DNA of 64,000 nt, taken from contig NC_086109.1 in assembly GCF_963921235.1 (NCBI RefSeq), positions 22,136,001 through 22,200,000 of the forward strand, written 5' to 3'. The notes under the pieces are model-generated. The model was given only the letters and a program-made list of their open reading frames with translations, did not search any database and had not been told where the DNA came from. The position numbers were made by a program, and so were the translations under genes. This stretch comes from Mobula hypostoma (lineage: Eukaryota). Below are positions 14,225 to 27,555 of the stretch, in pieces. Numbering within the stretch: position 1 is the first letter of the stretch; every line of letters starts with the position of its first letter.

Positions 14225-17200
14225 CCCAAGATGTGGGATTTCCTAAAGACTACCAGCCTCCCTGATGGCCAAGTCTGCAACAGGTGCATCAAAATGCAAC
14301 TCCTTCGAGACCGTGTTAGGGAAATGGAGCTGCAGCTCTATGACCTTCAGTTTGTTGAGCATTGATACAGGAGCTACAGGGAGGTAGTCACCCCAAGGCT
14401 ACAGGAGACATAAATGGGTGACTGTCCGGAGAGGAAAGGGAGAATGTCAGATAGTGGAGAGCATCCTGTGGCTGTCCCCCTCAAAAATATGTACCCATTT
14501 TGAGTACTATTGAGAGGGGCAATGACCTACCTGGGGGAAGCAACAGTGACCGTGCCTCTGGCACTGAGTCTGGCCCTGTGGCTCAGAAGGGTAGGAAACC
14601 GCAGTGGATGGCTGCAGTAATAGGGGACTCTATAGTTAGAGGGGCAGATGGGCAATTCTTTGGAGGCGAATAGGAAATACAGATGGTAGTTTCAGGTGCC
14701 AGGGCTTATGACATTTCTGATTGCATCCACTATATCCTGAAAAGGGAGGGTGAGTAGCCAGAAGTCGTGGTACATATTGCTACTAACGACATAATTAGGA
14801 AAAAGGAGGAGGTCCTGAAAAAAGAATACGGAGTTATGAAGGAAGCTGAGAAGCTGGACCTGAAGGGTAGTAATCTTGGGATTGCTGCCTATGCCGTGCC
14901 ACAGTGAGGATAGAATTAGAATGAGGTGGCAGATAAATGCATGGCTGAAGAATTGCAGCAGGGGCAAGGATTCGGATTTCTGGATAATTGGGACCTCTTT
15001 TGGGGCAGGTGTGACCTGTACAAAAGGGATGGGTTGCACTTGAATCTGAGGGGGAGCAATATTCTTGCGGGCAGGTTTACTAGAGCTGTTGAGAGTGGTT
15101 CAAACTAATATGGCGGGGAGATGGGAACCAGTATGATAGAGCTGAGGATGAGCCAGCAGGTTTGCAAGTAACGTAGATGTAACATGAATGTAAGGAGGGA
15201 CAAGCCAATGATTGGGTACAAATACAGACAGAGGAAAGAGTTAAATTGTACCACAGAGGCAAAATGTAAACGGGCAAAGAATGCAGGACTGAAGGTGCTA
15301 TATTTAAATGTGTGTCGCATTCGGAATAAGGTGGATGAACTCGTGGTGCAATTAGAGATTGGTTGGTATGACGTTGTGGGCATCACTGAGCTGTGGCTGA
15401 AAGAGGGCCATAGTTGGGAGCTTAACATCAAAAGATATACCTTCTATGAAAAGGACAAGCAGGAAGGCATAGGGGGCGGTGGGGAATTACATCTTTAGAA
15501 AGGTGGCATAGGGTCAGAAAATGTTGAATTTTTGTGGGTGGAGTTAAAAAAAAAACTGGATGGGTTTAAAAAAAAACATTATGGGAATCTTATATTGGTC
15601 TCCAAATAGTAGCCAAGATGTGGGGTTGAGATTACAAAGGGAGCTGGAAAAGGCATGTAATAAGGGTAATAACATAATTGTAATGGAGACTTCATTATGC
15701 AAGGGGATTGGAAAAATCAGGTTGGTGTCAGATTGCAAGAGAAGGGACTTTATTGAATGCCTACAAGATGGTTTTTAAGAGCAGCTTGTGTTGGGCACAT
15801 GGCCAAGTGGTTAAGGCGTTTGTCTAGTTATCTCAAGGTTGCTAGTTCGAGCCTCAGCTGTGGCAGCGTGTTTGTGCCCTTGAGCAAGGCACTTAATCAC
15901 ACATTGCTCTAGTCTGTGCGAGAAGTGGTGCCCCACACAGACTTCCAATCTGTGCCTTGTAAGGCATGAAAATGCCCGATGCAGGCCTCATGGTCTGAGC
16001 TGATGTTCCTCCTGTGCTTGAGCCTACTCTGGTGGGGGTGGGGGGGGAAGCTGTCTTAGATTGGGTGTTGTGTATTGACCTAGATCTTATTAGGGAGCTT
16101 AATGTAAAGGAACCCCTAGGAGGCAGTGATCATGATTGAATTCATACTGCAGCTTGAAAGGGAGTAGCATAAGTCAGATGTATCAGTATCACAATGATAC
16201 TGAATAAAGGGAATTGAAGAGGCATGAGAGAGGAGCTTGCCCAGGTGGATAGGAGGAGGATACTGGCAGGGATGACAGCAGAGCAGAGATGGCTGAAGTT
16301 TCTGGGATTAGTTCACAAGATACAGGAAGATATGTCCCAGAGAAGTAGTAGTACTCAAATGGCAGGGCTTAGGCAGCCGTGGCTGACAAGGGAAGTTAAG
16401 GGCTGCATAAAAGCCGAGGAAAGGGTATATAAGGTAGCAAAGTGAGTGGGAGGTTGGATAATTGGGAAGCTTTTAAAATCCACCAAAAGGCAACAAAAAA
16501 AGCTATAAAACGGGAAAAGATGAAATATGAGGGTAGATTTGCAGATAATATAAAGCAGGATACTAAATTTTTTTTTCAGTTATACAAAAAATAAGAGAGT
16601 TGATATTGGACCACTGGAAAATGATGCTGGTGAGGTAGTTATGGGGGACAAGGATATAGTGGATGAACTTAATAAGTACTTTGCATCAGTCTTCACTGTG
16701 GAAGACATTAGCAGTGTGCCAGAGGTCCGTGAGTGTCAGGGAGCAGGAGTGAGTGCTATTGCTATTGCAAAGAACAAAGTGCTAGGCAAACTCAAAGGTC
16801 TTGTGGATAAGTCACTGGACTAGATGGTGACTTAACAAAATAAAATCCTATAGCATTACAGGAAAGATACTGGCATAGAGAGAGGAATGGCTGACAGGCA
16901 AAAGACAGCAAGTGAGAATAAAGGGGGCCTTTTCAGCTTGGCTGCCACTGACTAGTGGTGTTCCTCGGGGTCACTATTGGAACCGCTGCTTTTCACATGT
17001 TTTGTCAATGATTTGGATAATGGAATTGATGGCTTAGTGGCAAAGTTTGCAGATGATGTGAAGATAGCTGGAGGTTAGGTAGTGCTGAGGAAGCAATGTG
17101 ATTGCAGCAAGACTTGGACAAATCGGAAGAATGGGCAAAAAAGTGACAGGTGGAATAGAGTGTTGGGAAATGTATGATAATGCATTTTGGTAAAAGGAAC

Positions 17201-17790
17201 AATAGTGCGTTCTATTAGCTAAATGGGGAGAAGGTTCAAACATCAGAGGTGCAAAGGGACTTGAGAGTCCTCGTCCAAGTCTCCCAAAGATTAATTCACA
17301 TGTTGAGTCTGTGGTAAAGAAGGCAAATGCAATGTTGGCATTTATTTCAAGGGGAATAGAATATAACAGCAAGGAAATGATGCGGAGGCTTTATAAGACA
17401 TTAGTCAGGCTGCACCTGGAGTATTGTCAATAGTTTTGTGCCCTATATCTCAAAGGATATGTTCTCATTGGAGAGAGTCCAGAGGAGGTTCACAAGGCTG
17501 ATTTCTAGAAATGAAGAGGTTAACATGGAGGAATGTTTGGCAGCTTTGGATCTGTACTCACTAGAATTGAGAAGAATGCAGAGAGATCTCATTGTAACCT
17601 AGCAAATGTTGCAAGGACTAGATGGGAGAGGATGTTTCCACAGGTGGGAGTATCTAAGACTAGAGGGCACAGCCTCAGAATTGAAGAGCAACCTTTTAGA
17701 ACAAAGATAATGAGGGTTTTTTTAAAACTAGAGTAGCGAATCTGTGGAATCCCCTGCCACAGACTGCGGTGGAGGCCAAGGCCACAGGTA
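14225..17790 (+). mobile_element. Near-full-length, decayed CR1 LINE (ORF1 esterase plus ORF2 APE-RT)
   Basis: ORF1 shows CxxC/leucine-zipper, AVIGDSIVRG (about 14615) and DGLHLN (about 15028), the SGNH esterase motifs. ORF2 shows LYLNV.RI.NK, DVVGITE.W and KFADD. Many stops, an internal RT deletion near 16825, and a SINE inserted at 15791. Confidence 0.93.
15791..16013 (+). mobile_element. tRNA-derived CORE-like SINE with RTE-X-like 3' tail, nested in CR1
   Basis: A box TGGCCAAGTGG (15800), B box GTTCGAGCC (15845), CORE-like gtgcccttgagcaaggcacttaa (15874-15896), tail 15974-16006, short (TCC)n end. It interrupts the CR1 sequence gagcagcttgtg|cttgagcctact. Confidence 0.85.
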
Positions 17791-17794
17791 TATA

Positions 17795-17918
17795 CAAAGT
17801 AATCTGCAGATGCTGGGGTCAAAGCAACACTCACAACACGCTGGAGGAACTCAGCAGGTCAGGCAGCATCAGTGGAAAGGATCGGTCGACGTTTCGGGCC
17901 GGTCCTGACGAAGGACCT
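17795..17918 (-). mobile_element. Penelope-like terminal repeat with collapsed inverted junction
   Basis: ...ggtcgacgtttcgggccggtcctgacgaaggacc: GAAACGTC half-motif on the minus strand next to a CTGACGA half-motif on the plus strand. Confidence 0.7.
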
Positions 17919-17994
17919 GCAGTAACCTCACTGAATGTCAAAGGGTTGAAGTGCCAAAAGGCCTGCTTTCCTCCTCTGAGTCACATAGGAGCAG

Positions 17995-18495
17995 AAGCAA
18001 CACCCAAAATGCTGGAGGAACTCAGCAGGCCAGGCAGCATCTATGGAAAAGAGTAAACAGTTGACATTTCAGGCTGAGTCCATTCATCAGGACTGGAGAA
18101 AAAAGATGAGAAGTCAGTAAGAAGTTGGGGGAAGGGAAGAGGGAATGCAAGGTCGTATGTGATAAGTGAAACTGGGGGAGGGGTGAAGTAAAGAGCTGGG
18201 GTTGATTGGTGAAAGAGATAAAGGGCTGGAGTAGGGGGTATCTGAGATTAAAGAAGGCCATGGAAGAAAGGGAAGGAGCATCAGAGGGAGGTGATGGGCA
18301 GGTAAGGAGATGAGGTGGGGGGGGGGAATAGTAAGGAGAGGGGAGCATTATTGGAAGTTCGAGAAAGTGATGTTCATGCCATCAGGTTGGAGGCCACCCA
18401 GACAGAATTCAAGTTGCTGCTGCTCCAACCTGAGTGTGGTCTCATCACGGCAGTAGGGGAGGACATGTCAGTCCTCTACTGCTGTGATGAGTCCA
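17995..18495 (-). mobile_element. Penelope-like element 3' end: GIY-YIG C-terminus, purine-rich UTR and terminal repeat
   Basis: Minus strand about 18460-18348 reads LPYCRDETTLRLEQQQLEFCLGGLQPDGMNITFSNFQ*, resembling the C-terminus of Penelope GIY-YIG endonucleases. It is followed by the hammerhead-bearing repeat. Confidence 0.8.
18058..18095 (-). ncRNA. Minimal hammerhead ribozyme motif
   Basis: Reverse complement reads cagtc-CTGATGA-atggactcagcct-GAAA-TG-TC-aactg. Confidence 0.62.
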
Positions 18496-20629
18496 GTGCA
18501 TCGAAACATCACCTGCAGGTTTCCCTTCAAGCTCCTAGTGTTGGGAGTTCCTTTTCCAGAAAGATCAAAGCATCACCTTGAGGACATTTGGGCAACAAAA
18601 TACTAGCCTTGTCAATGATGCCACATAATCGCAAAATTAAAATTAAAGATGTTGGGAACTCATTGCCTTCAAGAGAGAATTTGTAGGACTAAGGGAGGGA
18701 GTGGAAGAATGAGCTGATTTTATTGCTCCACTAGGAGGCTGCTATAAAATCAATGAACTGGATGAGACGGCTGTAATTATTCTGGTTTGTTATGTACGTA
18801 CCCTTAATCCTTGAAAATCCAAATTAATTGTTAATACTCTATAAAGTCCAAGGCTTGTTTATTTTTCTACGAACTTGAAAGCCTTTATCATCACTCAATT
18901 CTAGTAAATCACTCTGCCTCTCCTATCATATGTTTCCAGTGGCTACCACCCTCGGGTCTAAGTCACTACTGTTGTCTATTAGTTCTGCACCATTTCCACC
19001 CTCTTCTTTTGTATCTTGCTTAATGGCAAACAGTTTATCCTAGTCCTTCACAGAATAATTTAGAATATCTCCTATGCCATTGCCCTCAGCTTTTGAACCA
19101 ACTCCTTGACTGCTAGCTCCCACTAAAGTTAACAGCAGAGCTTCTTCATTAATATGCTCACCCCTCAGTTTGCAAGATCGTCGGTCCAAATGCCTCTTCG
19201 GATGTGTTACAACTAAAACTGACAATCACAGAGCAGTGCAAAGTAGATATCTCACCATCTGATGGGCATTGTCCTAGATCAGATCAAACAAGTCTACCTT
19301 TGTTGGATAAAAACCACTCTTCCCAAGTCCATTGGATCTTTCTCTCGAGGCGCAGCTTTCCCTTTCATCTTTTAAAGACCCACTTATACTCACTCTTCCC
19401 CCCCCCCCCCACTTGGAGTCTGCATTTCTGTGAACATCTGAGGCATTGTCTAGAAATGTTAATTTTTTACTCTCTTCTTGGCTCTGTTCTATTCCGACAT
19501 GCTGATTTCCCTTTTATTCTCAGTTTTTTTTCCCCAGTGTAGTATTTAAGACAGGTTTGCTTCTGGATTGAGCAGCACATTCTGGGTCGTATGTTCAGCA
19601 GGGCACTGTATTCCCCAAAGTATTTTATCATACTCCATTTTTACTGTCAGTGAACGCAGGGGGTTTTAAAGTGACATATAATGGCATTATTCCAAGGTTC
19701 ATTATCATCTTTGTAATTTAAGAATATATGTACTTTTATATTTTATTTTATATTCAATCAGTCAGTTGACAGGGCAAGTAACTTGCTGCAAAGAAACAAG
19801 GTGGAAAAATGGAGAAAATAGAATGTATTTGCCTCATAAAAACAAGTTAATTTCTCAATGTTGATAGAATAGTTAAATAAAATCATAGAATAGTGATAGT
19901 AAAGAAGTTTAATTGTCACATTGTTTCTTCAACTGTCTGCCAAAGCAATTCACTAATCCCACCGCACAGCCCTTTCTCCAAGGCCTTGCAAATTTTTCCA
20001 ACACCCTTTTATAAGCCACAATGGAACTTGCCTGCACCACAGTGGAATTTGCCTCTCCCACATCTGCAGGCAGTGCATTCCAGATTCCAGTCGCAAGATG
20101 AATAAGAAAGACTTGTTTTTCTCCTCATCACTCTTAATTCGATGGGCCAAATGGCCTACTTCTGCTCCTATACCTTATGGTCTTAATTCATTTTCCATTA
20201 TACCTTGTCACTTGAAATTCTTTAACAGGAAGTGTCTGTATCCATTCTGACTAGAACTCTCAATTTATGTACTTTTATCCAATCTTCACCCTTTAAAAGA
20301 AATACTTCCATCCTCTGTACTTGTGACTGAGCCCTCATCCTAGGGACCATTCTTGAACTCTTTCTGGATCTTCTCGTGCTTGCACATCCTACCTGTAATA
20401 ATCTCATGAATGGAACACATTCTCCATCTGAGACTGGATTGGTAATGTATAAAAGTTCACTGTGACCCTTCTTTGGGACACTCCAGAGTTGTTCATAACT
20501 TAATGACTTTCTCAACCTGCCTTCAATATCAGTGATTTGTGCACCCTTCCCCAATATCCCTCTGCTCCTTATTACAATATTCTTTTTATCCTGTTCAAGA
20601 ATCTTTCAATTCTCTGCATTAAGCTTGTT

Positions 20630-20858
20630 TACTTTATTTATTGAGATGCAGTGCAGAATCAGCCCTTCGACCCTAGCCTAATCACGGGACAATTTACAAT
20701 GACCAATCAACCTACGAACTGGCCCATCTTTGGATTGTGGGAGGAAACTCATGCAGTCACGGGAAAAACGTACAAACTCCTTAAAGGCAGTGGCAGGAAT
20801 TGAACCTGGGTTGCTGGTACTGTAAGGCATTGTGCTAACCACTACCCTACTGTGCCAC
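20630..20858 (-). mobile_element. tRNA-derived V-SINE/HE1-like SINE
   Basis: Reverse strand: ggcacagtagggtagtggttagcac (A box), ggttcaattcc (B box), ggagtttgtacgtttttcccgtgact (V-domain-like), ggtcattgtaaattgtcc. Confidence 0.8.
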
Positions 20859-21509
20859 CTGCTCATTTGCCACCCACCTGTCTCTCACTAGCCTGTCCAT
20901 ATTCTGTAGGGAAATTAGGACCAATTTATTGAAGCTCACAGTACTGCCAGGTGTTGCATAAAACTAACTTTCACTTAGAAGTAAAACCACCAAGCCTGAT
21001 TTCAAAGGAAAAGTACTATACCTGCTCTTGACTGTAATGCTGTCACTTATCATGTTATCATTTGTTCTTGCTGGTTTATTGTGGTATTTGGAATGTTTCA
21101 GATTCCTAATGGGTTGTAAAATTTTGTAATAATCCCTGCCTTAATTAATAGCCCAGTATAACACCAAGTAGATTACATTATCTAACATGTAGCATGTCCA
21201 AACTAGTAGTTTGTGCAAACTGCCGTAGCCTTTGATTTAATGTATTGTCTAGTACACAAAATAATCATCTGCCTTTTCCTGAACTGTCAGATGGTAGGGA
21301 ATATGCAGTACTGTGCAAAAGTCTTTGACATTATATATAGGTAGCCAGGGTGCCTAAGACATGTGCACAGTTCTAGTATTTGTCAACATAGAGCAGGGAG
21401 CGAATCTGTAGATACAATGAGAGCAAAGGATGTTAGGAATGGTGAGAGTGGAGCATCATGGGTGGGGTGTGGGACGTGCCAGAGGTAGATGGTGGCACGG
21501 GTGCAGACA

Positions 21510-21835
21510 CTCTCCCCTCTGTCTCCCCTCCTTGACGGTAACTATGAGAAAAGACCATGTCCTGGGTAATGGACACTGCTTCTTGAAGATGTCTTGGATA
21601 TTATGCAGGTTAGTGCCCATGGTGGAGCTAATTTTACAACTCAGCAGCTTGCTTTGATCCTGTGCAGTAGCCCAACCCCCCCCATCATACCAGACGGTGA
21701 TGCAGCCTGACAGAATGCTCTCCAATGCACATCTGTAGACATTTGCTTGTGTTTTAAGTGACGTACCAAATCTCCTCAAACTCCTAATGAAATATAGTTG
21801 ATGTCTTGCCTTTATAGCTACATGGATATTGATAT
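21510..21835 (-). mobile_element. Rex/Babar-like LINE RT C-terminal fragment
   Basis: ORF 21456-21779 contains RRFG.S.KT.ANVYRCALESILSGCITVWY. Confidence 0.75.
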
Positions 21836-22963
21836 CTATTTGAAGTTAATTCTGCCAACACTTCTGCAAGCAACCTGCAGAAGGAAAAGGCTTTTTGAAT
21901 GAAGGGCGAGAATTTTTGATTCTATAACAGTTGAGTTCCAATTGACTGAAAAGTAATGCCATGTCAGAATAGCTGTCTTGAATGACTGGGGTAGGAGGTA
22001 GTGTTGTGGATAGGGTGAAGGTAGAATGGTGAAACTGAATTGTACCAGAGCAATTGCAAGAATAAGGCAAATGCGTAAGTGCTCTTACGCTGTAAGCATG
22101 CGATGCTGTTAACATGACTTAGTAAAAACTCTATTGTTCTAGCGCTCCACGCGTGTGTAGCAGAAGCCACCTGGAGTGCACTAGGACATATCTAATGATC
22201 CTTATGTTGGAGGTAAATTTTTTGATACAGCAGTGCAGCTCTCTTCAGCAGTTAGTTATTCTTGCATGAAGACAAAAGAATCTCCTGTTGCTGTAAATGC
22301 ACTTGTGTAAGAAAGCACCTGGAAAGACAAAAGCCAGTTGAGGGGGAGAAAAGGAGGACATCCAAGGCAGCCATGTGAGAAGTTTTGTCATCAAAGCAAA
22401 TACAGTGGAGACTAAGGAACTGGGAGAATGGAATTAAGTTCTGCCTGGAAGAAGGGTAGTAGAGGAAGTGTAGTCAAGATGTGTGTGGGTTTGTAACTGA
22501 TACTGTCACTAACCTGCTCCCTGAGATGAAGAAAGAGCGAATGAGAAGCAAACAAAAATGTCAGTTAGACTGTGTAACAGTGAAAGCAGACTGACAATTG
22601 TCAGAAAGTGATGAAACCAGGCTAGAGTGTAGGAAGCATCATCAAAGCAGTCATCAATGTATCATTGTTTTCCTTTGATTTCAAGTTAAAGCAGCATCTA
22701 ACATGTTTGATTTTGCTACCTTCATATGCAATGTACCAGGAGGCCTGGTAAACCCTGTCCTTTCCATAACAGTTGTATTGCCTTTGCCTTATTCTACCCT
22801 CCCCCATACTCCAACATTTCTCATTTTCTTAGTTCTAATTAACTATTTTTGATGTGAAGTGCTAATTGTTTCATTTACACAGTTGCTGCCTGACTTGCCC
22901 ATGCTGATTCCAGCATTTTCTTATACTTTTCGTTTGACGCTTCTGGGTTTAATGTTACAATTT

Positions 22964-23007
22964 GCCTGACACCAGTTCCCTAGGCCTGAGTCGACGTAGT
23001 AGTAGTA
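22964..23007 (+). mobile_element. Extremely 5'-truncated RTE-X-like LINE 3' end
   Basis: ccctaggcctgagtcgacgtagtagtagta (22978-23007) is identical to 32791-32820. Confidence 0.85.
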
Positions 23008-23969
23008 TTTATTAAGCATTCATTCCATTGCCATTCTGCACTTACCATCTTTCCCTTGATGATCTGCATTCTTCTTTAAAGGCACACCAGTTATTTGTAA
23101 TGCTGAAAGAAGCAAAAACATTGAAATAATTGCTTGGTGGTAATGCGCTTCCCTCTGAATCAGCAGGCTGGGGATTTCAACCCAGTGATGCTCTCTTTAG
23201 AACAGAGATTTTTTTTAATGACTATTCTCTATGATATTTTAAGCTTCTAGTTGCTTTTTGTTGTACCTTTTGAATAATGATTCCATTATCTTTCCAACCA
23301 CTGACATTAGGATGATCGATTTGTAGTTCCTTGATTTTTGTGTTATCTCCCTTTTATAGGAACAACATTAGTTATTTAATTTTCTACTCCTATTCCCTGT
23401 TTTAATGCCTCTTCTCGATAGTGCCTCATTTACTGTTAGTATGGTCAAATGCAGTTCCTTCTGATTTTCTCTCTGATTAATTTATTTATTATCTCCCTTT
23501 TTCCTACTTTAGATTTCGTTTTTTTTTTGCCATGCTAATCTTTCTGGTTAATACTGAAGCAGTAATTAATATTTCTGCCATTTTGTTATTACATTTAAGT
23601 ATATCTTGTTTCCTTTTGAGGCTCTATCCAGGTGATTATTACTAGTCTTTGTGGCCAATAGAAAAATTTTCATAACTGGTCACACTAAAGCTGTGGTAAT
23701 TCTGGATTCGTGCTGTGTGCCTGCGGGGCCATTTCTATGTATTGTGGCACCTAGTGTTCAGGTTAATTCTCACTAAGTGTACTGACTCATTTATGACTGC
23801 AATCAGGCATGGTGGTTTTTATTAATGAGAATAGTTCAAATTCCTAATGGATTATAAATTTTTACTTCAGTAGAATTATACCACCCATTACAAAACAGTG
23901 CATTATATCACCCGCCCAGTGAACTTAATCCTCTGAGTGGCGTGGGAAGTTTCTGAATTTGTTATCTGT

Positions 23970-24570
23970 ACCACGAAACAGGAACAGGTTCTTTGGCCCA
24001 TGATATCTGTGTTAACCATAAAGCTAATTTTTAAACTTGCCCCATCTGCCTACACATCCCTCCATCCGATGCCTGTTCATGTGCCTGTGTAAATGCCTCT
24101 TAAATGTTACTAATGTATCTACATCCACAACTCCTTTGGTAGCTCAGTCCAAGCACCTATTACCGTTTTTAAATAAAGCAACTTGCCTTATAAATCTTAT
24201 TTAAACTTAGCCCTGATTAAGACTCAGACACCAAGTGATTCTTCTTTTGTAGAAAATATCATTTTTCTGTTGTGAGTGTAGAAATTTTCTATTCCTAAAG
24301 GGGTGTGGATGCAGGCTCAATGTGTACATTTGGAAATAAGACCAGTAGAGTTTTGCTTTGCCCTTAAGAATTTGACATGTCCACCCTGAGAGAAAAAGCC
24401 TATAACCCCTTCTGTGCACCTCAATTTTGTATACTTCTATCCGATTGCTCCTCAGTGCAGATCTGGCCTAACCAAATTTTATACAGCGCAACATAACTTC
24501 CCAATTGTTATACTCAGTGCTCTAACCAATAAAGCAAGTGTATGCCGCCTTTAACATCCTATTCAAGTGC
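23970..24570 (-). mobile_element. Old CR1 3' fragment
   Basis: gaaacaggaacaggttctttggccca...aaatgcctcttaaatg...ttttgtatacttctatc...ggcctaaccaa, the reverse complement of a CR1 3' end. Confidence 0.65.
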
Positions 24571-25971
24571 AACAATTAATGTTTTAATTGGACTTTTTGC
24601 ATCTCTGGAAAGAAAATAAAAAGATGGCAAGATATTGAAATGAGAGATTTGTATCCTGCCTTCTACAGTCTTTGAGCTTGGAAGAGTGAGTGATCTTAAT
24701 TTAACATTCTTGGCAACTGTCTTATAAAGCTGCCTTTCCTTGGCTCATGTATTTATTCATAATAAGGGGTCTGACTCAAGTTGAGAGATTGATCATTTTT
24801 TTTTAAAAAAAAGACATTTTCCTCTTGGAGCATTGTTGGAGTTTACTATTCCAAAAGCGATGTGGATACTGACTTGATGAATGCATATAAAGACCAGTAA
24901 AATTGTGGATTATGGAGAGTGTATGGTTTGTAGTTTATGGAAGTTCAACAATGATCACATTAAGCAGAAGTGGTTTGAGAAGCAACATGGCCTATTACTC
25001 ATTTCTTGTGAGTGTAGATATGATTGTCATTGTACTGAAATGTCCTGAACACAATTCTGTGGGTAAATTGACAAAATAAAATCATCATTAAAAATAGAAG
25101 CATCGTAAGGATGTCTTTGAAAGTGATGTGAGAGGAGTTTGATTTGGATAATAGGTCTGCTTGCATTTCAGATGGCATACACTTGGATACGTACTGGGTG
25201 ACCAGTGGTGATTGTATCAGTAGGGTAATTGAGGCTCCCAAATATATAGTAATCCATGAGGTACTCTGCTTCCTTTGGCAGTTTTCTGTTTTTGAGTGTA
25301 ACAGATGAGGCAGTCGTCTCACCAGCATTCTGCACTTTGTGTTGCATACTAACCAATGTTTTCCATTGTGATATGCAGTTTGTTTTAAGGCACACCAATT
25401 AGAAAGTGCTAGTCAAATCAAGCAGGTTAAGATATTTAAATGCTGTCAATAATAAGTTCTCTTCAGGTTCAGCAGAGTTGATTTGAGTGCACAATACAGG
25501 AACCAGTGAAAGACTGAGGCGAAAGCTGCAGTCTACAAACTGGTGACAATGGCAGTGTCTTTCAACCTGTATAATTGCTTATCACATGTATAGTGGGTAG
25601 ATGTTTAATGCACTAAATAATCAAATTACGGGAACCCTGATAAGTGTAGAGTTCACTGGATTCCACCATAATGGATTAAATTGAGTTTCCCAGTTGTTGC
25701 TTGCAAATCTAGCTGTGGGCCTATCGTGCTTACTGACTTGGCCTGTTCCACTTCAACAGTAACTGATTTTACCTGTGAAGCTAAGCTATGACATGTAGAT
25801 ATGAACAGGAACAAGTATTTCACATCATGAGAACCGCAATATCCTTCTTTCCTCACTGTGGCACTGCAATAGGGTGGTCATCTTGCATTCATTCATCAGT
25901 CAGGGTGTTGAGCTTAAAAGTCAGGAAGTCGTGCAGCTGCAGAAAATGTTGCAGTGGCCATATTTGGAGTA

Positions 25972-27555
25972 CAGGTTTCCCCTGCTATCTGAAGGTAGAG
26001 CGTTCCTATGAAATGGTTCGTAAGCCGGAATGTCGTAAAGCGAAAGAAGCAATTACCATTAATTTATATGGGGAAAAATTTGTGAGTGTTCGCAGACCCA
26101 GAAATAACCTACCAAATCATGCCAAATAACACATAAAACCTACAATAACAGTAACATATAGTAAAAGCAAGAATGATATGATGAATACACAACCTATATA
26201 AAGTAGAAATACTTTTCCACAATCATTGCCTGCACTGTTCTCCGTAGCAAAAATCTCACGCAAGCGCTCTCCGCAGAAACACGGCGCAAGCGCTCTCCAG
26301 TAACCTTTAAGCTATGAAGCTGCCAAATCATACCAAATAACACGTAAAAATACACAGCCGATATAAAGTAGAAATAATGTATGTACAGTGTAGTTTCACT
26401 TACTGGAATTGGGACAGCGCCGAGCACACTGATGGTGTGTTAGGCTGAGTCGTCGGAGGCTGGGGTGGTGCAGTGGTCCCCACCCTCCAGGCAGTGAACC
26501 GATACCGATCGGTGAAGCATGCAGCGGTTCAGCGGTAGCCGGGATGCACACAGCGCATCTGTAAGAAAAATACGAAGTAAACAAGCTAATTAATTAGGTG
26601 CCACCTGGCATGTAAATGTCGGCCCAGATCAAAGGCGATGCAATCGGCAATCGCCTTTGATCTGGGCTGACATTTACGTGCCGGGTGGCCCCTAATTAAT
26701 TAGCTTGCTTGTTTCGGCTTTTTTTCTTAAAGATGTACTGGGTGCCTCCCGGCTACCGCTGCATTCTCTGCGGATCAGTATCTGTCTGCGGCCCAGGGGT
26801 TGGGGTGGTGGGACATTGGGGTGTCATCTCATCGTCGATCAGGGCAGGCAGGTCATCTTCTTCTATGTCTGCCCGCTTCAATGTCACAGGTTGAGGTTCG
26901 TCGTTCTGAAGGCTTGCTTGACTGCTTAGCCTCGCGCACTTTTCTATCATACAGTCCTTTGTAAGCACTCAAACCATCTTTCAAATATGCCCTAAACTGA
27001 CGTACCCTTTCAAAATTAAAGTTGTACTTTATCATTGCAGTGAAAATCTCACGCAGTTGCTTCACGTTCAGTTCCTGGACGACTTCACTTTTGGTCTGTT
27101 CACTACTGCATTCGGTTTCGATTGTTATCCTTTCCTCTTCCAATTGCATCAACTCTTCATCTATCAGTTCTTGGTCATGGGATACCAAAACCTCTTCAAC
27201 ATCATCTTCGTCACCTTCCACAAGCCAAACTCACTTTGTCCTTACTTCGTTCACCACGATCAAAACGCTTAATTATGTCTAGTTTTACGCTAAGTGTAAC
27301 ACCATTACGAGCTCTTTTAGGCTTTTCCGATACCTTAGAACTCATCTTGCTAACGGCTGCTCACAGGCACGTGTTTAAGCAATGCCGGTGAGAATGCCAT
27401 CCCGAATCCGGGTGAGGAGCGGCTGCCTTTTCCGTGTGCTGCCTTTTTTCATAACAGTGAAAACACCTTCTGTTAGTGAAAGCAGGTAACTAATGTAGGT
27501 CTTTCGTAACAGTGAGGTTTCGTAAAGCGAACATTCGAAAAACGGGGGACGCCTG
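25972..27555 (-). mobile_element. Tigger/pogo-type DNA transposon, internally deleted
   Basis: TA TSD (25970-71, 27556-57) and imperfect TIRs CAGGTTTCCCC.../...GGGGGACGCCTG. It splits a CR1 fragment (ttggagTA|ttgtgtgcaattc). Minus strand from 27345 reads MSSKVSEKPKRARNGVTLSVKLDIIKRFDRGE (CENP-B-like HTH), joined directly to the acidic C-terminal tail (ORF 26853-27221). No DDD catalytic domain. Confidence 0.9.
26465..26820. repeat. Long internal palindrome within the Tigger derivative
   Basis: Core arms 26582-26639 and 26650-26707 are near-perfect reverse complements; imperfect pairing continues outward. Confidence 0.92.

Noticed and set aside
15793..15865. tRNA gene
   Set aside because: A and B boxes are present, but the sequence continues into a CORE-like domain and LINE tail inside a CR1. 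It is a SINE head, and I see no complete cloverleaf or terminator.
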